From contig MU004242.1 of the NCBI GenBank assembly GCA_010405405.1, forward strand, positions 345,751 to 409,750: 64,000 nucleotides of DNA, in the 5' to 3' direction. The notes beneath the pieces were generated by a model that was not told the origin of the DNA, made no database searches, and worked only from the letters and a program-made list of their open reading frames with translations. The translations under genes were made by a program, and so were the position numbers. Positions 48,207 through 62,474 of the stretch are shown piece by piece. Position 1 is the stretch's first letter, and every line of letters starts with the position of its first letter. Origin of the DNA: Microthyrium microscopicum. Taxonomy: Eukaryota.

Positions 48207-50320
48207 CGCTCGCCGACGACAATGGTTTGAAGTTGAAGTGACGAGTTATCGCATGAGAACAGACGTTGTATCCGACCAGATGGTTGTTTTCGGAAAGAGC
48301 GGTTGGGTGTGGTTACCCTTTGATAGAGCGAACCGCACTTCCTTCAGACAGGAACGATGGGTCAACAAACGACCGGGTACCGTGAAGCTGGGTTTGCTTC
48401 TTGATAGCATGCAAATACCCTCAAGCGAAGTCTGATGAATGCAGAATTCTCGCTGCGTAACTTGAACTGACGCAAATTAGGAACCTAGATACATTATCCC
48501 AACTGGTGATACGCTCCGCGATGGTTGTGAGTTGGTGGGATCGAAAAAGAGTGATGATTATCCGGTTCGTGCCAAAGTCGAGTAGGTGAAAAGTCAGGAA
48601 TGTAGGACTGAGAGGGCCAACTGATAGACAAGCCTGTTTTGGAAATGTGATGATCTTCGAGCTAGGCTTAATATCAATATATGGAAGTTGATTTAATCAA
48701 GGTTAGCGGGTCCAATAGCATCCAAGGTCGGGCATGCACGATTTCCTTTGCATACGAATATAGAATACCGCAGAGTTAAAAGTAGGTAAATTTGATTCAA
48801 TTTTTGAATGAGTGTTATGAATTGAATGTAAGACCGAAGAAAGTAGGAAAGAGTTTTTGTAAAGCATGAGACGAAGGGAATTGAAATGACGACCTTCCCA
48901 CCTTGGCCTCACGGTAAGCCGCGGATTAAGAGTCTGGGATCTTGTGTACCAGTCTACATCTTGCTTGACGTACAAAGGCTATACAACTAGTTGTAAGAAA
49001 CTCAGGGACAAGTTAGCCCTCATAGTATAGCAGGACAGAAACGGACTTGCTCCACAATGGAATGGGTAGCGGTGTATGCGGGTTCCGATTATTGAAACAC
49101 TCGTGCCGTCATGTCAGAGCATAACGTAGAATCCGTGCCAGTGTTTTGTTGAAGAATCGGCAGAGCCAATATAAACGTAGCTGGGATTATAAATTGATTG
49201 GGGTTCAATCCAAGCTTGAGCTAGGCAACAAAAGGCGTTGCACAGGCACGACACTGTACCATTGAAAGAGTACCTAGGTAGGTAGCCGAATATTGGCCAA
49301 GTCATGGATCGATTTCACCAAATACCATTGGACTGGCTTCCCTTGCTCTTGGGGTTCATGAAAATCTTTTCGGCTTGCACAGTAGTTGGTAAGGACGATA
49401 ATCGGGTTCAAGATAGAGTAAATGATCGCTGCGAGGATACGATGTAGGTTCTGAACTTTGGGAAGGCGGCTCTGCTTTCTTGTGTAACTGTGATGGCGGC
49501 ACAATTGATGATTGGTTTGAAATGAAAACTGTCTCAAGATTTGACAGTGATTGTGGACGACGACAAGAATGGTGATACCTATGCGAATATGGACGTGCTC
49601 TCTGAGGTTCTCATACCTTGGAATCTGACGATCTGCTCAGAGGGTTATGAAAGGTTGGCAAGAGTAAGACCGAAGAATTCCAAGCAGAAGGTGGCAGAAC
49701 TCTCCTTGGGCCTGGTTGGATAGACATGGCCGGCCCTGCTGAAAGTTTCTTATGAAAACGCGGCGGTATTGTGTTTACCTACCTCTCGCCTGGTCAATAT
49801 ACCTGAACAGCATGTGTTTTACAGGAAGTAAACAAGCTCTTTGTTCAGAATGGGCTTTGTCAAAGATGTAGCTGGAACGACTGCCCATCGTTGTATTGAA
49901 CCCATCAGATGTAGCAGAAGAAAATGGTCAGAATGCATAGAACTCATATGCAGACAACTCGACAGCAGTAGCAGGCGTCTATTCGTACCAACTGCGAAGG
50001 CCACTATGTCAGATGTTGTTCAACGACCCAAACAGACGACTATTGAACGATTCTCGATATATGCGCAAAAGTTATGTACAGTAAAAGATGAGGACGCGTC
50101 TTGAGACATCAAAAGCAAAAATGGAGCCAGAAGCACTAGCCCTCTTTGGGTCCCATGTACCCGAGCTTTAGGTGAGCCAATCATGAGTGCCAAGACTTGC
50201 ACTGTCGAAATTCACTCCACCTTGAAAGTCGAAATCTTCAACTTCAGAAAATAATCGTTGACCGCCACTAATCACCACCTCTGCTGTCCTTTCCCCAATC
50301 GCCAAATTCACAGCAAAAGA

Positions 50321-52259
50321 ATGTCAGACGACTTAGAGGTAGTTTTTCGAAGCTTCCGCAAATTTATTGCGCTTGCTAACCTCTTCAAGGAGCGACTCAA
50401 ATCGCATGGCCGATCCTTCGAAGGCCTCATGTCCTTGATCCCCGCAAAATTATACTACGAAGCCGACAATACCGTACGCGGGCTCAAACTAGCCTCTTCT
50501 TCAACCATGCTAATAAATACACCAGGACCAATGGCAGAGAAAGAAACAGACCAAGGAAGAACGCAAGGCTGCTCGCAAAGCCAAGCTTGACCCACGTAAC
50601 ATCGTTTCGGCAAAGGATGTCATGGACGAGAACGAGAGAAAGCGAAAACGAGAGCTAGAAGGAGAAGATCCCAACGCAGATAGCGACGACATCTCCGATT
50701 TGACGGGCAAAGAAGCTCCTCGAGAGGGACTTAAGCGCGCGAATAAACACAAGAAACAGAAGGTTGATAAAGTCGCCAATCCTGAGGATGATTCGATAAA
50801 AGCACAAGCGATAGCAGAGAAGAGACGAGAGAAGCGACAGCAAGCTAAAGAAAAGCGTCAAAAGGAGAAAGAAAAGGAGAAGCAAAAGGATAAGAAGAGA
50901 CTGAAGCAGAAGCGCGAGGCTAAAAGCGCTGGCAACGGTGAAGCCAAGACAGCTGCTCAAGATGAGGGCGAAAACGAAGAGGATTCTTCTGAAGACGATT
51001 ATGAGGAGGAGACCCCCGACAAATCCAATGGAGCACGTATTGGAAACACCATCACACAATCATCCCACAAACAAAATACGCTGCAGACTTCAACTCTCGC
51101 ATCGAGTGCAGACCTCCATGAACAGTCAAACGATGATGCCGATTCTGATGCTGAAGATCAAGTGCCAGAGTCTTCAGAATCGAAGCCTTCGGCATATATA
51201 CCGAGAACAACTCAAGAGCAAGATATCGAAGAGGAAGCTTCAGATTCCGATAACGACACCCCAGCAACTTCAGGTATGGACAAGATCGAAGTACTCGACC
51301 TTCTCAACCATCAAACACAATCCTCTCCATCAAACTCTCCCGCCCACGATTCTACCTTTTCCCATCCATCTGAAGTCGCCGTCTCCTCAACCACATCCCT
51401 CGACCCACCCACCAAAGACCCCAAAGCCTCCGACTCCGAACCAAAAGAATCTAAAGAAGTGCTCCGCGCCCGCTTACAAGCCAAAATTGACCTCCTTCGA
51501 GCCGCACGCAAAGCAGACGGTGCGGATGGTAAGTCCGCCCGCACCCGACAAGAGCTCATCGATATGCGTCGCAATAAGCAGGAAGCTCGCAAAGCTCGCA
51601 AAAAGGAACTCCGTCGTCTCGCTCGTGAGAACGGTGAAGAGCCTACACCCGAAGATGATGCCGATGATGTGATTGCTAAAGCCCGAGCTGAAATCGAGCT
51701 GGCCCGTCTCCGCGGCTCCGGCAGTCCTGGCTCAGGAATATTCACACCGCCACTCAGCACTGACGGCATGCCAGCGCCGAACTTTGCCTTTGGGCGCATT
51801 GACTTTGGCGATGGCGAGCAATACGATGCTCGTGGACGCCTTATCTCTGTTCAAAAGAAGAAGGGTGCGCCAGACGCAAAGACTGCACTGTCTGCGGCTG
51901 AGCGACGCGCGGCAAGACTGGCGGGCATGGATGAGCAGAAGCGAGCGGATATTGAAAGCAAGGAGTTGTGGCTGAATGCTAAGAAGAAGGCACATGGCGA
52001 GCGGGTGCGTGATGACGTGAACTTGCTCAAGAAAACCCTGAAGCGTAAAGAAAAACAGAAGGACCGCAGTGAGCGTGAGTGGGATACTCGCAATGAGGGC
52101 ATACGCAAAAGTCAGGAGATGCGACAGAAGAAGCGTGAGGATAATCTGCAGAAGCGTCGAGATGAGAAGGGTGGCGGGAAAAAACCAAAAGCCAAGTTTG
52201 GCACACCATTGACAGATAAGCAAAAGCGCAAGAAGGAGAAGAAACGAGCCTTTGGTTAG
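50321..52259 (+). CDS. RRP14: Ribosome biogenesis protein Rrp14 / Surfeit-6 (two short 5' introns)
   Basis: ERLKSH..SFEGLMSLIPAKLYY, AKLDP, LRARLQAKI..LRAARKADG, W..A...AHGERVRDD..LLKKTLKRKEKQK..S..EW..R, RQKKREDNL. Confidence 0.93.
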
Positions 52260-52650
52260 AGGCCGAGTTAGTTTGAAAAATGGTGCATGTTGATATGAGC
52301 ATGGAGGAAGCATTTGTTTATATAGCGGGCAGAAGTATCAAATATTCAGCAGAATTCATCATATATTCGGATCTTGACAATCACTATCGTGACCCGTATC
52401 TCTCTCTATAGCCAAAACCTGTCAAGGTCGCTGAAGCGCTATTCATTCCAGCTCAGCTATTCCTATAAACACAGTAATAGAGCAGATGTAACAATAATAG
52501 GTTAGTCATAACCACCAACGCTCCCATATATCGCAAAAAGTCAACCATCAGAAATCAATGCATACAAGCTATATCTCAACACCTACGCCAAACCCACCAG
52601 ACTTTTCATCATCATTATCCACTTTTCCCACTCCTCTATTCAAGAAGTCT

Positions 52651-54792
52651 TTACACAAACGCCCTCCCACTACCACCCCCCTCCACATCTTTCCCTCCCC
52701 CCGGCCCCTGCGGTGGCGGCGGACTTCCATCCTCATCACTAGCTCTCCTACTAGCATAGCCAGGCGGACTATCCCCAAACGTCCTCGTGTCTCCACGCAC
52801 AAGCCCCATCCTCTCCTCCTCCGTCACAACACCATCTTTATCACCGCCTGGCGTACTCGCCTTACGAGTAAATGATAAGGTGCTCCTACTTAGCGGTCGC
52901 ACAGAGTGTTCGCTTGCATTACTTGGACTCGCTGCGCGTCTAAAAACATTCTGAAAGGAGAAATTGCGCCTTCCGCTGGGTGATGAGGGCGCAGCGGACA
53001 CATTCGACGTGGCTCTATCGCGGATATGTGGATCGCGGTCATCGACGGATGGCGTCCAGTGGATGTGTGCGCCGCCGTGGTAGGCTGTGTCGTCGTCTTG
53101 TTGCGCTAGGGGTGTCATGGGCGAGGGCGGGTGGTCGGAGTGCTGGCGGCGGATTGCGGCGGGGAGGCCGAAGATGTGGGAGGAGCGTGATGATGCGGCT
53201 GGTGAGTTTGCGCCATCAAGGGCGCGGAGAGTGGGTGTGTCGTGCGGGATTAGATTGGCGTTGGCGCCGGTGGAGTGCGGGACGGGACCCATGGGGAGGG
53301 ATCCTTCGGTGGTGCTCTTTTTGGAGGTGGTGGATGTTGAGCGGACGGGTTTGCGTTTGAAGTGGCTCCAGAAACCTGGGTGCATGCCGTTGTCTGGATC
53401 TGCATGTGCGTCATCCTCATCGTCGCCTTCTGTAGGGAATTGCGCCATGCCGAGGGGTGGGTGGACGGTTTTACGCCGTGAGAGGGGACGAGATGTGCCG
53501 GTAGGACTCGAGATTGTGCGGCGGCGACGGAGACCGTCCCATTCGACTTGTTCGTCTTCGCCAATAGGCTGCATATGCTCTTCTTTGATGCGTATGACTT
53601 CTTTAGTTTCGCGCTTTTGGCGGCGGGAGCTGACGGCGCGGAGCAGGGCGGCTGTGCCGCGCATTGTGTCGGCGCGAGGCTCGTATTCTGGTTCTTCTTG
53701 TTCTGCGACTGTTCGGACTTGATCGAGATCGCCTGCGAAGACGGCAGCATCAGGGACATCTTTTGCGGATTTGGAGAGTTGGAGAAGCACAACGCCGGAG
53801 CAGATTTCGAAAAACCCAAGGACTACGGTGAGAATCTGGATGGTGCTTCCTTTGAATCCACGGTATAATACAGCGTCCGAAACGATTGTCGCTGAGGTGA
53901 AATATACATAGTAGGTTGGGGTGACGAGTGCGGCGTTGTACAGATTGAGGGCTTTCTTTAAACTTTGTTAGCTTTGCTGGGGTTTGCGATGAAGTAAGCT
54001 TACGTTGAGATATATGATTTCAGTGACCAACGTTGAAATCACGAATACTATAACAATGTATAGAAACCACTGGTTGAATTGTGGAATACCTCTGGCTTGG
54101 GCAGTGATAGCCGCACCAATACCTTGGATACTGACAACACTGAGACCACCAATCAGACTGCAAACAGTCAGATATACCAGCATGCTCTTCTTCCCGTACT
54201 TTGGCGCCACCCAAATGGCTATTACTATGCAGCCAACAATGATGACACCGGCATACGTAAGAAATCCTGGTGCAATGGCCAATTTCTTCATGTCCTGTAT
54301 GGTGCTGACCGCCGGCTGTTCAGGAGCGTTGGCAGCAATGACCACAGCTCCAACGATGCAATTGAAGCATCCTATTTTGCCAACAAACGACAGTCGTTCC
54401 TTGAGGAAGATTCCAGATAGAATGGCCGTTATGACAACTGAGAGCGCTCCCAGGGGCGTAACGAGAATAGCGTCGGCGAATAGGTATGCGGCAAAGTTGC
54501 AAATTTCTCCCAGTATCATCAAAGTCATGCCGCCCCACCACCAAACGTTTTTAAGATAGCCATAACCTTCACCGGCTTCTTCATTGTATTTGAGATTGGC
54601 CTTTAGCAGACCATATTTCTTGAAGACGAAGGAAACGCCGATAAAGAGACCGGAGGAGATGGCGAGGACGAGACCGACGATTTTGTACGATGGAGGTTTG
54701 TCGGCGGGAGTAGAGGGACTTGTAGTATTACGGGCAACGAGCTGATGGTACTCATTCGCATGGTACAGAGCAGCGGCCAAGGCGCCGTTCAT
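52651..54792 (-). CDS. NIPA/DUF803 magnesium transporter family membrane protein (intron ~53956-54003)
   Basis: GLVLAISSGLFIGVSFVFKK.GL, YLKN.WWW.GM.LMILGEICNFAAY, LVTPLGALSVV, KALNLYNAALVTPTYYV.FT. Confidence 0.93.
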
Positions 54793-56755
54793 ATTGTGGA
54801 TTTAGTTTGTAGGATGCTCGAACTATAGACATGAAGGTTCGGAGGAGATTGAGTAGATCATTGGGAATCGGCGGCTATAGGAATTGAGGAAGTATGATGG
54901 GTCGAGGATTGTAGGAGGTTTAGGTTGTGTAGAGGAAGCTGTATGGAAAGACGTCGTTGCTAGGCCAGGAGCAAGTGGATGGATGACAGGGAGTTGTGGA
55001 AGATGCGTAAGAGTGACAGGGTTCAGCAGTGGCTGAGCAGCGAAAACGAAACAATAGTTTCCCCTTATGAGCTAGCAACTGCATTTATCTGCAAGATAGG
55101 TTGGCTCACAATTGGCGACAGTCTTCAAGGATTTAATTGGGTTTTGCCAGGTTTTGCTGGGTTTGATAAGGTTTAAAAGGTGGTCTTTCAAGTCGGTTTT
55201 GGCCCCAAATAATCAGACTACAAAGTCTATCAGGAACGAGTACAATGCAGAGTAGCGAAGACAGAAAAAGCTACTGCGGATCTGTGCGTAACCGAGCAAA
55301 AAGCCAATGAAAATGCAGCTCTTGCCACCAAGCCCTCGCAAAGTACGCAGCCAACTGCAGGAATTGGCCCAGAATCAGGCTTATCGTCTCTTCTCTAACA
55401 CTGAACAGTGGGTGGTAAGGTTGAAAGCGCCAAAGAAGAGGGGCACGATTGCTATTTATCATTCTCCCATCTCAATAATGGTATTAGCTGCGACAAGCAT
55501 GATGACGACGCTCAAAACTTTGAGGCGATTCAGTACATGTGCGCAGCGCGATGCCGTCCTCAGCCAAATTTATGAGTTACAATTTTGATAGTCTCAGACT
55601 CCCGGTTATGGGAATACTGTAGTCGCTCTTGCTTGTTTGCCCGTGGTTTCCTGGACTCCTGCAACGTGCTTTCCACGAGCTAAGCCAACAATGTCAATCT
55701 GGATTCGAGCCACGCCTCCCACGTAGGCGCTAAGCTACTTCTGGTTGGTCGTCGCTACAGGGACGACCCACCCTAACTACACTCCTTCAAACCTCAGCCT
55801 TATGGTTCATCCATATATCTTTTCAGGATTCGATTCGCAATGATTCCTCTCTGCAAAGACTATGGTACATCTATGATTTAGTATGGGCGCATCCGATAAG
55901 AAACAAGCCCCGAATGATGCTGTAAGTGTTCCAAATAGCTGATGTTGATTACATCTCAGCCTTGTAGCCATTTTGTTAGTACTAAACTTTGCTGACTTGC
56001 CGCAGATTATACAAGATAGTTTGATAGCAAGCATGGCACATTTTGCTGCCATATAGAATCAATATCAGCATAAGATTCGAAGGGTTGGTGTTCTCTCTCG
56101 AGCTCTTTCTCTAACATCTCACTGCAGAATACTCTCAACATCATTAGTTTATATCTTGTACTCTAATGAATCATCTCTCGATGAGAAACCACGTCAGGCA
56201 CAATACGCCACATTCTAATAGGCATGGCTCGAACTATAGAGGATGAGTTTTCATGTTCATCACTTTTATACATTGAGACTGACTCATTTTACGCTGCTGA
56301 CACCACTTGACTTGACAGATTCCACATACCTTATCTGGCTACCTTTAGTACGTCACGCCATTCCCACCTCAACTTGTTCCAGTGCGCTTTCCTATATAGC
56401 TGATCTTTCTCCGGCACTAAAAGTCAAGAGCACTCATGAAGTTGACGCCACCTTCCCAACTGGGCAGACACGCTTGCCAAGCTTGCCTTCCCATAAAGTT
56501 ATGTACCACATTCACCTTGCTGGCGGTTGGTGATCTTAGATCTTATCCCCCGCTCCCTCCACCCTACAACAACCTCTTCCTATAAAAACCTTGTCAGCAT
56601 CAACACCGCACACCACGCATCACGTATCAACTTCTACGCTGCGCACTTCATCGCACTCTTTTCGGTAACTTCAAAGTCTATCCTGCTACCTCCGCCTAAG
56701 AATAAGAGTTCGTTGAGCTTTTTCATACTCGCAAGCCCACGAAACTGTCGAGAAC

Positions 56756-57994
56756 ATGGCTGAGCTTTCACCACCACGAACCCTACAAACTCTACCTCTC
56801 GAGATTCGTCTCATCATCTTCGATTACCTCCTCGCTCCCGCAGAGCTAAGCGTCTATGCTCTGCAGGCCGAAATTGTACCCGATGGCCGTGGTGGGCACA
56901 TTGAGCAAATATTTCGCCCGAGACAATACACTTGGGCGATTGGGGAACGCAACTCTTTCTTGTGGCATCGATCGGGTATCAAATACTGGGGGAAAAATAA
57001 CCCTGACCCAAGAGCAGACGAAGGCAAAGTATACAGTCAAATTCTAGGAACATGTCGTCAATTCTACGACGAAGGTAAGCCCTTTCCTCTCAGAAAACAC
57101 TCCTTGGTTTATTCTGGCTATCTATAATAGTGTCACGATGTATACTAAACTATAGCAGGCAGTTCGATTTTGTCCGCGCGAGCTCAATTTGCACACCCCT
57201 TGATTACTGCAAAAAGCCAATTCATCCTTGACAGATACTTCCCGGGAGACCTCGACACAGTGAGCATACCTGACAAGCAGCGGCTGTCTCCTGATTTGGC
57301 AAGAGCGGTAACCTCGCTGATAGTCAACCTGGCGCCTTTTCGTTCTTTCTGGCGCATCATCAATACCTGCTTTCCCGCAGTGCGTCAAATAGTTGGCACT
57401 ATCTCGCTCGATGAGTTGCGCGGCATGGACTCAACTTGGAGCGGTTTCGAACAGCTCAAAGAGGACAATCTGTCCTGGGCTGAATATCTCGCTGAGAACA
57501 TCCAGAAACACTCCACTCTCGAGCGTTTTGAATGCCGTATTATTAATCGCGACATTCTCTACCGCAGCGAACAAGTAGAGTTCTATGGTCCAGAGGCCTT
57601 CGATGAGAAGTATGTCTCCTCCCTACGATGATCACCCCCTTGCAGAATGACGAGTTTGCTAACCAATCTTAGTGGTGATGTGGTCGGCGTTTACGTTAGC
57701 GAAGCTGACTATATCTCTGCGGCACCTGGAGAAGATCCTCGGGGACAACCGATTCAGTGGAGCTTCGCGATGCACCGAAGAGAGGCGAAGGTCTTATGGG
57801 ATCTTTTCGCCCAACACGGCTGGTTCCAAGGCGACCAGAATTGCTGGGACTGGGTCTTTCAGACAGAAACCTGGCATTCATCGGACGAAGAGATTCGGGT
57901 TCGAGCCATCTATAGTGAGAACCCTCGAAAGGACATTCTGTGTGAAGTGGTGGGAGAATATGGACAGACCAGACGATTTGAAAGCATGGATTAA
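56756..57994 (+). CDS. F-box-like protein, tandem array copy 1 (introns ~57074-57158, ~57610-57672)
   Basis: LQTLPLEIRLIIFDYLL...QILGTCRQFYDEG; SFWRIINTCFPAV; LERFECRI; HRREAKVLWDLF..FQGDQNCWDW..NPRKDILCEVVG..RFESMD. Confidence 0.8.
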
Positions 57995-58409
57995 GTTTTG
58001 GGATTCCACATATCACTGTTACAGAAATTACGGCGAATACGACTAGGTGTTTGATGGACTTGTGAAGGAAATCAACGTTCTGTCGACTCTGTTCAAGGAT
58101 TGATGGTCTTCTGCTTATTACAAGCCAGAATGAGCCGTTTCTACTCTCTTCTCCTTGCGAGAAGATTTGTATAGTATTGTGAAATATGAAATTCTTAGCA
58201 CAATTGAAGCTCTGCGTAACACCAAAAGAGAAATCAGACTTTGCTCAGCCTAGCGCTCAGTGACTGAGTTTATCTCAGAGCCGTATAAACATAAGATGAG
58301 GTCGAGAAACTACTCAACCTAGAGGAAGTCGCTGCCCAAAATAACCGGAACTCAACGTCGTTATTCCCACTACTGTTTGTGTTCAAATTTGTACTTTCTT
58401 GATGCAACA

Positions 58410-58460
58410 GCGGACTCACATTCTGATTCCTCCGCGGACTCACATCCTGATTCCTCGGCG
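58410..58460. repeat. 24-nt direct repeat GCGGACTCACAT(T/C)CTGATTCCTC x2
   Basis: Two near-identical adjacent units between array copies 1 and 2. Confidence 0.8.
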
Positions 58461-59040
58461 GTGATAAAACCCAAGTAACATTTAGAAGCTCATAGAAAGT
58501 CGCTTGAAGCTTCGTTTATTTAAAGCATTGATTCAGCTTGTTCTCCATCTCCAGTACATCACGCCGAATAATTTTGCTCCAGTAATCAACATCTTACCTT
58601 TCCACTTCTTAATGGCCGGCTCTTCTCCAGCGGTAGAGTCTTCATCATAACAAGCCTCAATCCCAACGACATCAATTCGCCTCACAACTCCATATCCTTG
58701 TCATACTATAAGAGGATAAACAGCGGGCAGGAAGTGTAGGAAAAAGCAAATGGGCTTGAGCACTCTTCCCAAGCAAGCAAGTTCGGCCATTCCTCAGTAC
58801 CTCTGCCTCATAAATTGAGCTCTCACTGATTCAGACCCAATCTCTCAACTACCCAAAATAGTGGGCACGTCGACCAAGCTCCTGTCTTGCCATCAGCAGC
58901 CTCCAACGTCTTCTCTAGCAGAGCACATCTTTCCACCTCCATCCACAAAATTTTGCTGTAGAATCCCCTCACCAAACTCCGATTCCTCCCTTCTCAATAC
59001 TCATTCAGCCGCCAGGATTACACGAGACAGAGTTGACAGC

Positions 59041-60257
59041 ATGGCAGATGTTCGAGCAAAGCCTACTTTGCAAACCTTGCCAGCAGAAATACGACTCATG
59101 ATCTTCGAGTATCTCCTTGTTGCTCCTCCGAATTTGCGCATCGACTGTCTACGGACCGCAATCGTACCCAAGGCTGGTCAGGGTAGCAGGAGCCGCGAAC
59201 AAGTCTACTGTCACAAGCGTGGCGGATGCAAGATGGCTTATAACAATTCCTTCGAAGACTATCATTTCAGGAATGGCTTGTCACGCCAGCCTCCAGCACT
59301 CAAGGAAGTGCTTCATCCTCAAATTCTAAGGGCTTGCCGCCAATTCTATCATGAAGGTAATCAGCCTCTTTGAGGAAGATACCCAAGGCTCACCATACTA
59401 TTGCATGTTTGTTGATACTAACAAGATATAGCTCATGAGGTGCTCTACAAGAAGAACGCATTTGAAGTCAGGGGACCTGACTTTAGTAGCATCAATGTTT
59501 TCGACTGTGAGCCCTTGTCCTTGGACCTTTCAAAAATGATTACGTCTCTAGTGATGGATATAGCGCCGTGTCAGTCATTCTGGCGCATCATCAACAATTG
59601 CTTTCCGGCTGTCAAATCCATAATCGGAATCATTGAATGGGGCGATTTGGACTATCTCGATCATAAATTAACCTGTGGTACGTTCAGTGAAGTTGAAGAA
59701 GATTACTTTTCCTGGATGCAATCTTTTCAGTGGAACTACAAGAGTCGTAAGAGCCTGAGGAATTTTGAAGTGCGTATCAGGGAAGACCAGTACGATCACT
59801 ACGGCTTTATTGACAAGTAAGTGTCTATTTGGCGTGCTTTTCCTAAAAGGTGGTGTCAAACGTACTGTTTACCTCACCGGCGATGGCAGTCGCAGTAGTC
59901 TCGATGAAATCAACTCAGCTAACATAGTCTAGTAACGATGCATCGAGCTTCTTCGACGTTTCACAACCGGTTGAAACCAGTCGTGGTAGATGTATTCCAA
60001 ATAGTTTCGCTTTGCATCGAAGACAGGCGAAAATTCTGCTGGATATGTTCAAACAACTTCAGGCGTTTCAAGGCGATCAGAACTGCTGGGAATGGAATTT
60101 CACCACACTTGTTCCTTGTAACATCGAATGGGAGCCAGTTTCGCAAGTTCGAATGGTCTACAGCCAGAACCCGAGGAAGGAGGTCTTATGTGAAGTTGTT
60201 GGAGACGTAGTCGCCCCCCCTCTGGGCAAGATCTCAAGATTTGAAAGCTTGCAATAG
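59041..60257 (+). CDS. F-box-like protein, tandem array copy 2 (introns ~59357-59431, ~59817-59932)
   Basis: LQTLPAEIRLMIFEYLL...QILRACRQFYHE; SFWRIINNCFPAV; LRNFEVRI; HRRQAKILLDMF..FQGDQNCWEW..NPRKEVLCEVVG..RFESLQ. Intron positions match copy 1. Confidence 0.8.
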
Positions 60258-61255
60258 GGGCCTGAACTTATTGCTTGTTGATGCTACGAGACCTGGATCA
60301 TATTTGGGTCTCTCCAGCAACTTGTTGTTGCTTGTTCAAGATTTTGCTCTTCCAGTTTCTCTTGTTGACCCACAATTTGTACTTCTTTCCCAGCTCATCG
60401 ATCGCTGTCCGTATTTGCCAAGCTCTGATGATCTGAATATGCACAAGAAGGCTGCTGGAAAGAAGACGATGGTTGAGAATTGGATTGTGGTGTCTCGTCG
60501 ATGATTGTCAAGGCTAAAAGTTACACAACTGTTACTGAATTATATGATTGTTTTCCAAAGGTTGTTGACCATGAACAAGCAATCAAACAATGCTTACAGC
60601 TCTCACTACCATCATCCTGAAATTTTGTGCGTGCATCTTTTGAATATGTCAAGATCTCATCTCGACAGTACGTTGGGCTGGGTTTGTCAACAGCAATTGT
60701 GTAGTCACACGACATTCAATTCCATCTCAGATCTTGGTGGACAAAAACTTATAGCAGGCGAGTTCTCGAGTTCTCTTCGCGCATCTTTCTTACCGCTGTT
60801 ATTTCAATCGCAAGGATATATCATGAGTATAATTTATATAGAAAGGAACTAGAATTACAAGGACACGGAAATAGGGAGGACAGTATTTCTTCGAAGTAAG
60901 CGAAACTACGACCTCTCCTCTGTTCACCACCTCTCCTCCTCTCCTCTGTTCACGCGCCTCTCTATCGCTCCGTCTCCGGCACTACGAGGCTCCTAGCAAC
61001 AGGCTCCAGTCTCATGCTGTCACTTCATCGTGCCCTCTGTCCTTGACCCCGCACAGTCTTGGGCGTGGCGCCAACAATCTTTCAACCTACATCCACTATC
61101 ATCTCACATTCGTCGCACCTTCGTCGCCATTTACTAATTGGAAAAGGCAATATACCGGCATCCAACCTCTCGCCTCTTCAGGTTATTCATCTTATTGTGT
61201 CTTTTGGAACAACGCTGTTACTAGCACAACCGTAGACGCTCACGAGATCAAGGAC

Positions 61256-62474
61256 ATGGCCGAGATGATGGCGATTAACCCATCTGCTATTTCGCCTCCA
61301 CGCACTTTGCAAACACTGCCCCTTGAGATTAGACTTATGATCTTTGGGCACCTCCTGGTCACCAAGTCGCATTTACAAATTGCAATGCAGCGAACCAGGG
61401 CCCCAGCGTATTGTAAAGGAGAATTATTCGCTACCAAAGGACTTGACAGAGGTCTTGATACTGAGTTAGAAGATTACGAAGAGGCATTTGATGAAGGAAA
61501 CTACAAGCATCCTTCCGCTCAAATTCTCAGAACTTGTAGGCACTTCTACCAAGAAGGTAATGTAGGCACCATAGCACATTTCTCTTCTTCCTTGCATTAT
61601 GTTTCGATATATGCTAATTCGTGACCATGAAAGACAGGTGTGGACATGCTCTACTCCAAAAACACTTTTGCACTTTATGGACCATGGGTCGAAGTCTCGT
61701 TCCATTTATGGAACGCCAGCGTTGAGAGCACCCAACCACTACTGCGTTATGAGCAATCGCATTGGATTAAGTCACTTTCGGTGCAGCTGATTCCATTTTT
61801 TGAGTTCTGGCCCACCATTGAGAAATGGTTCGCCAACGTTACGAGCATTGTTGGTCATATCACGCTCCAAACTTTAGATGATCTCAATCACCCCGACTAC
61901 TACCCTATCGACCGCTTGAGCGATGACGCAAAGTTCAATTGAATGCATGACTTGGCCCAGCGTTACGAAGCACGCTCTTTCAAGAGATTCGAAATCCGCG
62001 TCGCAGACCGCGAACGCTCGCTGGACTTCGACCCGGATTCTTTCTACAGCAAAGATCGTAGGTAAGTTTAGTCTCGGATGACAGTGTACGGACGACGCAT
62101 ACATACCCTTCTGCTGCCGTAGACGATCACAGCGGTCTGTAGGATGAAAACTCAGCTAATTATTTTCAGTGGACAGTCACCAAGTCTTCATAGCATTCCA
62201 GTGATTGAAGATCCTGAGAACCCTGGTCATTTTGTTCCGGACAACTTCACTAGGCACCGAGAGGAAGCCAAAGTACTGTGGGATCTTCAAGAACCACAAC
62301 GTTTTTCAAGGAGACGACAACTGCTGGGAATGGCGGTTTCAGACCCGCACATCCTTCGAGCGAGATCCGGAGATGGACGTTCGAGCGGTGTTCAAGGGAA
62401 AGGCTATGATGCAGATTTTGTGCGAAGTTGCTGGAGACTATGGAAAGTTATCAAGATTTGAAAGCATGGACTGA
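61256..62474 (+). pseudogene. F-box-like tandem array copy 3, disrupted
   Basis: Same motifs as copies 1-2, but TGA at 61940-61942 where paralogs have Trp, and a ~2-nt deletion at ~62285 (TGGGATCTTCAAG vs TGGGATCTTTTCGCC). Confidence 0.75.

Noticed and set aside
48300..50250. Possible decayed gene in the long gap between the GH76 gene and RRP14
   Set aside because: Only short ORFs with no recognisable motif or consistent splice structure.
60911..60965. CT-rich CCTCTCCTCTGTTCAC duplication upstream of array copy 3
   Set aside because: Ordinary pyrimidine-rich promoter or low-complexity sequence.
61940..61942. Premature TGA as an A-to-I editing or readthrough site
   Set aside because: A downstream frameshift in the same gene makes plain pseudogenisation the simpler explanation.
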